Positions 46,236 through 55,252 of a stretch of 64,000 nt of DNA are shown in pieces. The notes under the pieces were generated by a model. That model saw only the letters and a list, made by a program, of their open reading frames with translations, did not search any database and had not been told where the DNA came from. The DNA comes from an uncultured virus (IMG/VR IMGVR_UViG_3300002092_000043) (taxonomy: Duplodnaviria; Heunggongvirae; Uroviricota; Caudoviricetes): the IMG/VR virus record IMGVR_UViG_3300002092_000043, positions 1-64,000 of that record; one strand, written 5' to 3'. Position 1 is the stretch's first letter, and the number at the start of each line of letters is the position of its first letter. The translations under genes were made by a program, and so were the position numbers.

Positions 46236-46362
46236 CGTCTTCTTCCTCTAGGTCATCTTCGTCGAACATATGGTCGTCGAAGTCTTCCAATTCTACATCT
46301 TCTTCATCAAATAGGTCTGGGTCTAACTCTGGTTCAAATGCATCATCAAACTCATTTGCCAC
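46213..46362 (-). CDS. 49-aa extremely acidic protein (not in ORF track)
   Basis: GTG after AAGGAG; 30/49 residues Asp/Glu, no Lys/Arg. Confidence 0.7.
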   Translation of the reverse strand: MANEFDDAFEPELDPDLFDEEDVELEDFDDHMFDEDDLEEEDDEEDSEE

Positions 46363-46372
46363 TGTGTTCTCC

Positions 46373-46906
46373 TTAATTTGCGTAGTTGAGGAACTGTTGG
46401 AAGTTTACCAACTCTTCGCCGTTGCACTGGTTAGTGTCTACGGTAACCACACTATAGTTGTCTTTGTAACGACCACGAGGTAAAACACGGGTAGGAATAA
46501 ATACTTCGCCTTGGAACACAATGCGGTCTTGGATATGGAAGTTAGGGTCAGATATAAGTTTAGGCAATAGGCGGTTAACGTCAGAGACTCCCATGACAAG
46601 GCGCAAGGTATCTACGGTATAGAAACCACGTTCGTTCATGATGTTGGTACCACGTAGTTGTTGGCCCATAATGACGGGAACCTTAATGGGCTCTTTCCAC
46701 ATTAATCCCTTGCCAGATTCCTGGTTAGAGACATCGTAAACGGGGTCTACCCAATTGGCGTAGTCTGCCTGGAGAGCATCTTCATCCCAGACATACCAAT
46801 CTACTTCTGTACCTACAGGGTCACGAAGTTCGTCAGTGACGCCCTCTTCCATTGATAACTTTTCGTAATCAATCTTAAAACGCCCTTGGACTTTAGTTCC
46901 ACGCAT
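46373..46906 (-). CDS. Head-closure/stopper-like protein
   Basis: DP.YD, DRIVF.GEVF...V beta-rich; synteny in the neck region. Confidence 0.55.
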   Translation of the reverse strand: MRGTKVQGRFKIDYEKLSMEEGVTDELRDPVGTEVDWYVWDEDALQADYANWVDPVYDVSNQESGKGLMWKEPIKVPVIMGQQLRGTNIMNERGFYTVDTLRLVMGVSDVNRLLPKLISDPNFHIQDRIVFQGEVFIPTRVLPRGRYKDNYSVVTVDTNQCNGEELVNFQQFLNYAN

Positions 46907-46915
46907 GGCGTCTCC

Positions 46916-48259
46916 TTAGTTAGCGAGTGGGTAACGAACGATGATTAAACCAGAACCGCCAGTGTATCCAGTTGTATAGGTAGTGTTGTAAGCACCGCCG
47001 CCACCTCCACCTGTGTTTGCAAGTCCTGCGCTACCTGTGTTGTTTAGGTTAGAGCCGTAACCCCCACCACCAAGACCAGGAAGACCAGAGGCTGTTGCTA
47101 CGTAGTCACCTCCACCTCCACCACCTGCGTAGTAGTAAGTTCCACTAACGTTTTGCCCAGTGTTAGTTGCTTGACCCCACGCTGCGTACGAAGAGGAACC
47201 AATACCGCCATTTCCACCTTTGTCTGTTCCGGTTGCTGTACCTCCTATGCCTCCAGCACCGCCACCGCCGCCTGTAGAAGATGTGCTTGCTGTTTGAACA
47301 TACGAGTTACCGCCGTTGTTACCCTGTCCAGAAGTTCCTGAACCACCAATTCCAGAGTTTGAACTTGTCGTTCCTCCACCAGCAAAACCTCCGCCACCAG
47401 AACCACCAGCAGCACCGTTAACGATACTTCCTCCACTGTATGCACCACCACCGCCGCCAGTTGCAGTTATGGATGAGGTAAAAGATGAGTTTACTCCGTT
47501 AGTTCCAAGAGTTGTACCTGTACCTGCAGTGCCAGCACCACCAGCACCTACAGTGCAAGAGTACTGTGTTCCAGCGTTTAGGCTAAGTCCTGGGGTGTAA
47601 ACAAGTCCTCCAGCACCGCCACCTGCTGCAGAGCCGCCCCCTCCACCAGCAATGCAAAGAACTTCTGCGTTTCTAATTTGCTCTGTAGGAATAAACGTAC
47701 TGGTAGAAGTAAAGGTGTGGTAGTTGTACTTTCCGTCTGAAGTAAATGTACCGCCAGTTGCTTTAGCGCCTGAACCAATACCGTAAAGAGTAAATGTGCA
47801 GTTAGCAGCAAAGTTTGCAAAACCGCCAGAAGGAATGAGTCCAATAGAAGTAATAGGGTTAGTACTTGCCCATATTCCAGAGAAAAAACACAAATCTGAT
47901 GCAGAAGAGTTGTACTCGTTAACGCCATCAATACTTAGTGACTTGTTAGTAGAAGAAGTATAATTTGGGATGTAAATTTCAACATTAGTAAAGATGTTTG
48001 CTGTCCATGTGCTAGGTACAAGAGGTGTCATAATTCCGCCAGCCGCAGCCGAACCAGAACCTGTGTTAACTAAGTATTTTGCTGTCAAACTGTTTGTGCT
48101 TCCATTTATGAGGATGTTGCACCACTCAACAGCGCCGTCTGCTCGGGCGCTAAATACTACTTTTAAGTCAGTGTAATTTTGGGGGATGTTATCAAAAGAA
48201 ATAGATGCTGTAGTTCCCGTTGTAGTGATTGTTTGAATAGCAGTATATGTTTTAGCCAT
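46916..48259 (-). CDS. Glycine-rich virion protein, paralog C1
   Basis: N-domain SISFDNIPQNYTDL..FTLYGI + ATGG..YHTFTS..AGGGGG..GGSG.IIVRY. Confidence 0.85.
   Translation of the reverse strand: MAKTYTAIQTITTTGTTASISFDNIPQNYTDLKVVFSARADGAVEWCNILINGSTNSLTAKYLVNTGSGSAAAGGIMTPLVPSTWTANIFTNVEIYIPNYTSSTNKSLSIDGVNEYNSSASDLCFFSGIWASTNPITSIGLIPSGGFANFAANCTFTLYGIGSGAKATGGTFTSDGKYNYHTFTSTSTFIPTEQIRNAEVLCIAGGGGGSAAGGGAGGLVYTPGLSLNAGTQYSCTVGAGGAGTAGTGTTLGTNGVNSSFTSSITATGGGGGAYSGGSIVNGAAGGSGGGGFAGGGTTSSNSGIGGSGTSGQGNNGGNSYVQTASTSSTGGGGGAGGIGGTATGTDKGGNGGIGSSSYAAWGQATNTGQNVSGTYYYAGGGGGGDYVATASGLPGLGGGGYGSNLNNTGSAGLANTGGGGGGAYNTTYTTGYTGGSGLIIVRYPLAN
47121..47162. repeat. 42-bp exact repeat, copy 1 (copy 2 at 51134-51175)
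   Basis: ccacctgcgtagtagtaagttccactaacgttttgcccagtg. Confidence 0.9.
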
Positions 48260-49644
48260 TAGGATGCATACCTCACAATAACTACTCCTGAACCACCGTT
48301 GCTTGATGAGTTAGTGCCAACGTTTGATTCGGACCCACCTCCGCCACCGCCAGTCCATGGTGTTCCAGGTAATGAAAGAATGTTAGTACTTCCAGCACCA
48401 CGACCACCACCACCGTTACCGCCTGCACCGCTTGATGAGTATCCACCGCCACCGCCACCGCCGCAGTAGTAGAAAGTTCCAGCAGCAGTTTGGTGTCCAG
48501 TTCCAGATGCAGAACCAAAAGCGTTTATAGTAGCGCTGGTTACGCCAACACCACCGGCACCGCCTGCACCAGTGCTAACGCCAGCAGCAGCGCCTCCAGC
48601 ACCGCCGCCACCGCCACCTGCGTGGTTACCTGAAGAGGCAAGACCTGTAGCACCAGCGTTACCTTGACCAGCAGTTCCAGAGCCACCAGGTTGTCCTGCG
48701 CCGTTGTTAGAACCGTTAAAGTACATACCGCCACCGCCAGAACCACCGCTCTGACCAGCAGGGTTAGTTATCTGACCGCCACCTGCTCCTCCGCCAACTG
48801 CAGCAGTAAGTGATAGCGCTCCACCTGTGACGTTGGAGTTACCACCATTGCTTGAAGTATTAAAGTTGTTATTAGGGTCTCCTAGACCACCAGCACCTAC
48901 AGTACATGTGTACGTAGTGTTTGCAGCAAGCGAGACAGAAGTATTAAGTACATACCCACCAGCACCACCTCCACCTGCAGCGTAAGACGAACCTCCGCCA
49001 CCGCCTCCTGCAATAACAAGGATGTCTGCAGTAAGCGCTTGATTAGGGACAAATGTTCCCGATGTCTTAAATGTGTGGTAGGTGTATGTAGCATCTGTAG
49101 TAATAGAGTCTCCACCAAATGCTTTTGCAGGAACAATTACCCCTACGTCAGCGGCTTTAATTCCGTAGAGTGTAATAGTTGAGCCAGAAAGAAAATTGTA
49201 AGAGTTTGGAGTAGAAATAACCGTAATAGAAGTAATTGGGTTTAATGAGTACCAGTTTGATGCGTATATGCGCAAAAGGTCGCTCATACTTCCACGACCA
49301 ATAACTGTTTTGTACATGTTTTGACTTGAGTAGTTTTGTATGTGGTAAGTGCTTGTTGACCAGTTAGCGTTGTTCATAAGGCCAACTTGCATAGCACTTT
49401 GTGTAGCGTACTTTGCTGAAGTTGCACTGCTGCCATCAGCGTTTATAAATGTGAAGGAGTAGTTTGTACCAGTATCTCCATTAAACTGTAGGCCTGCAGA
49501 GTTGTCATTTGTTGCACATTGTGCGTTTACAACCATTACTAAGTCAGTATAATTTTGTGGAATATTGCTAAAAGTAACACTTGTTGTTCCCGAAACAGAC
49601 TGCTTAGCAATAAAGGTATACGTAGAGGCGCTTACACCAGCCAT
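48259..49644 (-). CDS. Glycine-rich virion protein, paralog B1
   Basis: Same two-domain architecture; QFNGDTGTNYS. Confidence 0.85.
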   Translation of the reverse strand: MAGVSASTYTFIAKQSVSGTTSVTFSNIPQNYTDLVMVVNAQCATNDNSAGLQFNGDTGTNYSFTFINADGSSATSAKYATQSAMQVGLMNNANWSTSTYHIQNYSSQNMYKTVIGRGSMSDLLRIYASNWYSLNPITSITVISTPNSYNFLSGSTITLYGIKAADVGVIVPAKAFGGDSITTDATYTYHTFKTSGTFVPNQALTADILVIAGGGGGGSSYAAGGGGAGGYVLNTSVSLAANTTYTCTVGAGGLGDPNNNFNTSSNGGNSNVTGGALSLTAAVGGGAGGGQITNPAGQSGGSGGGGMYFNGSNNGAGQPGGSGTAGQGNAGATGLASSGNHAGGGGGGAGGAAAGVSTGAGGAGGVGVTSATINAFGSASGTGHQTAAGTFYYCGGGGGGGYSSSGAGGNGGGGRGAGSTNILSLPGTPWTGGGGGGSESNVGTNSSSNGGSGVVIVRYAS

Positions 49645-49646
49645 TA

Positions 49647-50270
49647 CTATGCTCCCTTAATTCCGTATAAAGCAATTTGAGAATACTGAGTAAACAGTGT
49701 TCCTACTCCTGGAACAATGTCTATCCTGTTTATAGCGTCTGAAGTCACTCCAGTTCCAGCCTTTATCCAACATCCTGAAACAAACTCTACTTCTCCAGCA
49801 GCACCACTAAGTGTTGCTCCAGTCATAGAGCGCAGAGTTTTAAACTTACTGGTGTTAGTGTAGTCAGCAATATCTGTAATAGTTGCTGCAAAAGTTAAAG
49901 CGTTACTTGTGCCGCCAGTTCGTGCAAAAATAATGTTGCTTGTTGGGTTAGTGACTGAAAAAGCGTTTCCTCCAACTGAGGTTCCGTCACCGTAAATTGA
50001 GTGTTCTGTGTAGTCTGAACTTCCCGTAGATGAGTTAAATGTCATCTTTGCTGTGTCAAGAGTAGCGGCTCTGTTTGTACCTAAAGAACAGCGCAATTGT
50101 AAATGTGTAAAGTTTTGTGGAATATTAGTAAACGAAATAGTTGCTTGACCACCAGAAGGAACTACTACAGTAGCAATAGATTGAAAGTCGTTGAAGGTAG
50201 TGGTTTGGTCCCACACCTTAATGGACTTACTGGAGTATAGCCCAGCACCATTAAATCTTTTAATAGACAC
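49647..50270 (-). CDS. N-domain-only paralog A1
   Basis: VWDQTT..ISFTNIPQ.FTHLQLR..ALYGIK. Confidence 0.8.
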   Translation of the reverse strand: MSIKRFNGAGLYSSKSIKVWDQTTTFNDFQSIATVVVPSGGQATISFTNIPQNFTHLQLRCSLGTNRAATLDTAKMTFNSSTGSSDYTEHSIYGDGTSVGGNAFSVTNPTSNIIFARTGGTSNALTFAATITDIADYTNTSKFKTLRSMTGATLSGAAGEVEFVSGCWIKAGTGVTSDAINRIDIVPGVGTLFTQYSQIALYGIKGA

Positions 50271-50291
50271 AACGACTCCCCTTTGGGAAAA

Positions 50292-50528
50292 TTAGATAAC
50301 GAGTACTGCTGCTTCTTCTGCTGTCAAAGGTTGACCAGCAATTAACTTAGCCTTTGCTGATTCTTTAAGCGCAGCAAGTGCTGTTGCTTCTGCTTCACGT
50401 GCTGCTTGAGCATCAGCGGCTGCTGCTGCATCTTGGTCACGTTGTGCAATTTCCTGCGCTGTAAGAGGAACAATACGTTGTTCTCCAGTAGAGCAGTCAA
50501 CGATAATCTTTGTAGGTGTATCAGACAT
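50292..50528 (-). CDS. Tail fibre chaperone-like small protein
   Basis: DCSTGE..PLT..EI; LT.EEA. Confidence 0.6.
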   Translation of the reverse strand: MSDTPTKIIVDCSTGEQRIVPLTAQEIAQRDQDAAAAADAQAAREAEATALAALKESAKAKLIAGQPLTAEEAAVLVI

Positions 50529-50896
50529 TATTCAGTTACTTCCTTCCATGATGTTGTGGCTTCGTCCCAGATATAGTTCTTGCCATCTGTAGGCATTGCT
50601 GTTGGTGCTTCCCAAAGACAGGTTTCGTTATCTAGAACCCAGGAAGCAAACGGCTTTGGTGGAATAAACGCATCTTTTGCAGCGTCAAAAGAAAAACCAA
50701 TTCCCGCATAATTCTTTCGAAATGGAGTACCGCCATTGCGGTGTTCTCCAGCAATGGTGTTGTATGAGGTCTTCTTCCAAGTTCCGCCAAGACCAAGGTC
50801 TTCTGCTAGAAACTTTTGACCGTCTTCTACGTCGTCAGCAACGACAAGTACACGTGTGACAATGTTGTCACTATCAATTTCGGCCCAATGTGCCAT
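50528..50896 (-). CDS. Tail fibre assembly-like protein
   Basis: MAHWAEID..W.KTSYN..FRKNYAGIG..DAFIPPKP..SW..W.AP..P..Y.WDE. Confidence 0.7.
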   Translation of the reverse strand: MAHWAEIDSDNIVTRVLVVADDVEDGQKFLAEDLGLGGTWKKTSYNTIAGEHRNGGTPFRKNYAGIGFSFDAAKDAFIPPKPFASWVLDNETCLWEAPTAMPTDGKNYIWDEATTSWKEVTE

Positions 50897-50946
50897 AGAT
50901 TTTTCTCCTTGCTTGATTGTCTAATGATAAACAGTTGTCTATTGTT

Positions 50947-52311
50947 TTATGCCTTATACCGAACAATAACTATTCCAGAACCGCCACTACCACCTGCTGC
51001 AGAACCTGACGCAGAAGTTCCTGCACCTCCACCACCAGTGTTAGAAGTACCGCCACCTCCTACAGCGCCTTGCAGGGCTACTCCACCGCCTCCAAGTCCA
51101 GGAGTACCAACTATAGTGTAAGAACCAGCACCTCCACCTGCGTAGTAGTAAGTTCCACTAACGTTTTGCCCAGTGCCAGTCGCAGCACCAATACCGTTAA
51201 GCGCAGCAATAGTTGTTCCACTTAAACCGTTACCGCCGTTACCACCTTGTTGAGTAGCGTTAATACCGTTAGAACCAGCAGCACCGGCACCGCCACCACC
51301 TCCGCAAGGACCAGAGGCAGAAAGACCACCAGCATTGCCATAACCAATTCCTCCGCCTGAAGCACCTTGTGTAGCAGCACCGCCAGCAAGAGCACCGCCA
51401 CCTCCACCTCCACCAGAACCGCCAGAAGCACCAGCAGAAATGTTTGGACCAGCACCGCCGCCACCGCCACCAAGAGCAGTGATTGTGTCAAATAAGGAGT
51501 TAGTACCAGAGTTGCCAGTATTAGCAGAAACTCCCGTACCACCTGCTCCAATAGAAACTACATAAGAAGTTGGGTAATAGGTTGTACTAGGACGCCACAC
51601 TAATCCTCCAGCACCGCCACCGCCGCCACCGTTGTTGGTGTCTCCACCACCAGCGCCTCCTCCTGCTATAACTAGCGCATCAGCAAGTATCCTAGTGTTA
51701 GGTACAAACGCATCTGTAGAGGTAAAGGTGTGATACACATAGGTACCATCAAAAGAGATAACTCCACCAGTTGCTTTAATAGAGTTACCTAATGTTGCTG
51801 TATAGTTCTTTATTCCGTAAAGAGTAAAAGTGGAGTAGGAAGAAAATGCAGTGCCTTGGTAAGGCGCTAATGTAATTGACGTTATAGGAGCGTTGTTAGA
51901 CCAAAGACCAGCAGTTGTGTCTATGTAAGCGGTTGCTCCACTTTGTTCCGTTACATTTTCTGAAGAAACAACTTTGTATTTTGTACTGCTGTAGTTAGGT
52001 ATAAGTATTTCGCTGCTACCAAATATGGAACCAGTACTGCTTGAGTCTGTAGTCCAAATTGATTCTAAAATGTTTGAAGTTCCAGTACTAGAAGCCGTAG
52101 TTGCTCCATTTCCATAGAGCATTCTGTTGGTGTAGCCAGTCGAAACTCCATTAAAAGTTACCTTTATAGTATCCGCACCAGCGGCACGATTAGTACGTGC
52201 AGACACTACTAACTTCAAGTCAGTGTAGTACTGAGGAATGTTTGAGAAAGTAAACGAAGTTTCACCACCAGCAGCGGTATACGTCGCAATTTTTGTTAAC
52301 GTCTCATTCAT
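50947..52311 (-). CDS. Glycine-rich virion protein, paralog C2
   Basis: FSNIPQYYTDL..FTLYGI + Gly-rich domain. Confidence 0.85.
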   Translation of the reverse strand: MNETLTKIATYTAAGGETSFTFSNIPQYYTDLKLVVSARTNRAAGADTIKVTFNGVSTGYTNRMLYGNGATTASSTGTSNILESIWTTDSSSTGSIFGSSEILIPNYSSTKYKVVSSENVTEQSGATAYIDTTAGLWSNNAPITSITLAPYQGTAFSSYSTFTLYGIKNYTATLGNSIKATGGVISFDGTYVYHTFTSTDAFVPNTRILADALVIAGGGAGGGDTNNGGGGGGAGGLVWRPSTTYYPTSYVVSIGAGGTGVSANTGNSGTNSLFDTITALGGGGGGAGPNISAGASGGSGGGGGGGALAGGAATQGASGGGIGYGNAGGLSASGPCGGGGGAGAAGSNGINATQQGGNGGNGLSGTTIAALNGIGAATGTGQNVSGTYYYAGGGAGSYTIVGTPGLGGGGVALQGAVGGGGTSNTGGGGAGTSASGSAAGGSGGSGIVIVRYKA

Positions 52312-53651
52312 TAAACTGCATACCTCACAATCACAATACCTGAACCGCCTGCGCCACCCGTACCTGCTTTAGCAGCACTGCCACCACCACCAGTAGCAAA
52401 AGAACCGGCACCGCCGTTTGCAGAGCCTCCTCCACCAGAACCGCCTGCACCCTGACTGCTTGGACCACTACCGCCACCGCCTCCTGCGTAGTAGTTGCTA
52501 ACACCAGTACCTGTTGTGCTTGCAAAAGCAGAAATAGAAACACCTACACCACCTGCAGCACCCGCATTAGACGTAGCAGCGTTTCCTGCGCCACCTGCGC
52601 CACCTCCACCACCACCTCCAAAGTTACCTGCAGAGTGGTAAGAAAGACCTCCAGCAAAACCTTGACTTGTAGTACCAGCACCAACGTTGTTTCCATTAGA
52701 TGCTCCACCACCAGAACCACCGCTATTAGCACCATTGCTAGGTACGCTTGCTCCAGCAGTATCGGTACCGCCTCCGCCACCACCGCCAGTAGAAAAAATT
52801 GTTCCAAAACTTGAATTACTACCATTCTTTCCTGAAGCAGGGTCTCCTGCAGAAACAGTTCCCCCAGCACCTCCTGCACCAATAAGCACAGGATAAGAAA
52901 TAGTAGATAACGTTAATGCGGATTCAATGGTTCCTCCGCCACCAGTTGCAGTCACTGTAGAGCGAAGACCACCAGCACCTCCACCGCCAGCATCTCTAGT
53001 TCCACTGCTGTAGGCATTAGAACCACCACCGCCGCCACCTGCAACTACTAGATAGTCACAAGAAAGATTAGGTACTGCAGGAGTAAATACCCCAGTTTTC
53101 GTAAACGCATGGTACCAATACGTACCATCAGACACAACGATATCTCCACCAGCAGCCTTTGATGTTCCTCCAGAACGGATGCCGTAAAGAGAAAATGTAG
53201 AACCTGCAGTAAAACTTGCAGGTACTTCGTTAGCAATTTTGATAGAAGTGATTGCTGCGGTACTTCTCCATAAGCCTATGGAAGAAAACGTAATTGCTCC
53301 AGGGTTATCACCACGACCAATGGCTGTTTTATAGACTGTTGAATTACTGTAATTGTTTATGTGAAAAAAACTGCTAGATTGGCTTGTTCCTGTACGACCA
53401 ATAAGAATGGTAGATGCGCTTGTGTTTCGTGAGGTTGCTGCAGTAGAAGAGCCAGTTCCATAGAGAAATGTTTCGGAGTAGTTAGTGCCAGTGTCTCCGT
53501 TAAATTGAACTGTTAAAGCACCATCACTTGAAGCATTGATTGTGTTACCAACAACAACTAAGTCTGTGTATGTTTGGTCAATACTGCTAAAGGTAACGCT
53601 AGCACTATCACTGGTAAGAGTTACAGTTTGTAGAGGTGTATATGTAGCCAT
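52311..53651 (-). CDS. Glycine-rich virion protein, paralog B2
   Basis: QFNGDTGTNYS + Gly-rich domain. Confidence 0.85.
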   Translation of the reverse strand: MATYTPLQTVTLTSDSASVTFSSIDQTYTDLVVVGNTINASSDGALTVQFNGDTGTNYSETFLYGTGSSTAATSRNTSASTILIGRTGTSQSSSFFHINNYSNSTVYKTAIGRGDNPGAITFSSIGLWRSTAAITSIKIANEVPASFTAGSTFSLYGIRSGGTSKAAGGDIVVSDGTYWYHAFTKTGVFTPAVPNLSCDYLVVAGGGGGGSNAYSSGTRDAGGGGAGGLRSTVTATGGGGTIESALTLSTISYPVLIGAGGAGGTVSAGDPASGKNGSNSSFGTIFSTGGGGGGGTDTAGASVPSNGANSGGSGGGASNGNNVGAGTTSQGFAGGLSYHSAGNFGGGGGGGAGGAGNAATSNAGAAGGVGVSISAFASTTGTGVSNYYAGGGGGSGPSSQGAGGSGGGGSANGGAGSFATGGGGSAAKAGTGGAGGSGIVIVRYAV

Positions 53652-54251
53652 TTATTTAACCCCATAAAGTGCAAAAGAAGTACCAACATCAAAGTTAGAG
53701 CCATTAGTAATTGTAAAAGACACAGCGTTAACTGCAGCAGCGCTACTTTTCCATACGATAGAACCAATGTTCAAAAATCCTGCAGTGCTGTTTGTATCTG
53801 CTCCTGATATACAACGAGTAACTTTATACTTATTGACGTTTGTGTAGTCAAGGATATCCATGTAAAAAGTACCGAAAATACCTGCTGTATTACCGCCTTG
53901 TCCTATAACAAACCCAAATGATGCACCATTTTGGTAGGAAGAACCTCCTGGATTAGTTCCACTTCCGTAAAGTTGATGTGAGTAGTAGTCTGTTGCAGTA
54001 GTGTCTGAGTTAAAAAACACGTTGGTTGCAACTGAACCAGTACCAGCATTTGTACTCCTAGCAATTCCTCGTAAGTGCAAATTAGTATACGTTGCTGGTA
54101 TTGAAGAAAATGTTATTGTTGATGTAGCAGCAGTTAATGTCACTACGCCCAATGCGTCCATAGCAGCAGTCTGAGTAGACTGGTCCCAAACAGTTTGTTG
54201 CTTGGGAAAACCAGCCTGAATGCTTTGCTTAGATAGACGACTAACTGACAT
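53652..54251 (-). CDS. N-domain-only paralog A2
   Basis: VWDQST..ITFSSIP.TYT.L.LR..ALYGVK. Confidence 0.8.
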   Translation of the reverse strand: MSVSRLSKQSIQAGFPKQQTVWDQSTQTAAMDALGVVTLTAATSTITFSSIPATYTNLHLRGIARSTNAGTGSVATNVFFNSDTTATDYYSHQLYGSGTNPGGSSYQNGASFGFVIGQGGNTAGIFGTFYMDILDYTNVNKYKVTRCISGADTNSTAGFLNIGSIVWKSSAAAVNAVSFTITNGSNFDVGTSFALYGVK

Positions 54252-54265
54252 ACGTCAGTCCTCCT

Positions 54266-54637
54266 TTAGGAAATCTCAGAACCGAATGCGGCGAATGAAA
54301 GCGTAGTAGCAGATGCGTTGATTGTAATGATATCTGTCGTTGCAATTGTGACGCCAAGAGTCAAAGCAATTGTGTCGTTACCTGCAATAGGGGTTCCGTA
54401 TGCAATGTAGTGACGAGTATCAAGAGTTGCACCTGCAGGGCGGATTGCAATGTTGAATGTCGCTGCTGTAGAAGCCTGGTTACAGATAGTGATTGTAGAT
54501 ACTACAGTCGAAAGGTTTCCTGAACCAGGAGATGTGTAAAGGTTATAGTTGGTATTAGCGGCAGAAAGTTGCTGAGCACCGTTTCCAGTAGCACCTGCTG
54601 CGCCTGTCATACCTAAGACTTTATATACTGCTGCCAT
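54266..54637 (-). CDS. Minor virion protein
   Basis: YKVLG..LYT.P..VSTITICN..FGSEIS. Confidence 0.7.
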   Translation of the reverse strand: MAAVYKVLGMTGAAGATGNGAQQLSAANTNYNLYTSPGSGNLSTVVSTITICNQASTAATFNIAIRPAGATLDTRHYIAYGTPIAGNDTIALTLGVTIATTDIITINASATTLSFAAFGSEIS

Positions 54638-54673
54638 TTAAACTCCTTGTGGCTGGTGATACCGCAATTATCC

Positions 54674-55252
54674 TTATAACGCAGGTGTTGTGTGTCCTAA
54701 ACTCGCAAGGTTGTTCTGAACAGCGGCTTTATGGATTGAGTCTAACTCTGGGTTATTTGATAGGTCTGTAAAGAGGTTTAAGGACTCATCTTTGCGCCCT
54801 ACCCACCATGCACTGACAGCCTTTTCAAAGATAAGACCGTATTGTCCTGGGTATCCCACATCAATTGGTAGGGGCAAAGTTTTTGTTGCGGGCAACGATA
54901 GGCCTACCTCAGCATAGGTGTAGGACTCTTGCCATTTCTTATTCTGCTCAAAGTACCTAGAGAAAAGGAACCACGCCTCTGGCCTATTAGGTATGTGGGC
55001 TATCGCCTTGTAGAAGAGATTCTGTACCGTGTGTTCACGGTTCTGTTGGCTGCTAAAGCATTGGGCCGAACGCAGCAAAGAAGCATAGACATGCTCAGGG
55101 TGTGTGTAGTAGCCGTACTCAGCCGTTCGTAGGTAGAAAGAAACTGCAGATGCTGTTTGCCCAATGTTGTCGTAAGCAAGAGCAATCTGAAGGTTAAGGT
55201 CTGGGTTAAATGGGTCATTAGAGAGTTGAACTATGAGGTCTTTAATTTCCAT
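54674..55252 (-). CDS. TPR-repeat protein
   Basis: Helical repeats A..Y...G..A..YLR, P.RPEAW. Confidence 0.8.
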   Translation of the reverse strand: MEIKDLIVQLSNDPFNPDLNLQIALAYDNIGQTASAVSFYLRTAEYGYYTHPEHVYASLLRSAQCFSSQQNREHTVQNLFYKAIAHIPNRPEAWFLFSRYFEQNKKWQESYTYAEVGLSLPATKTLPLPIDVGYPGQYGLIFEKAVSAWWVGRKDESLNLFTDLSNNPELDSIHKAAVQNNLASLGHTTPAL

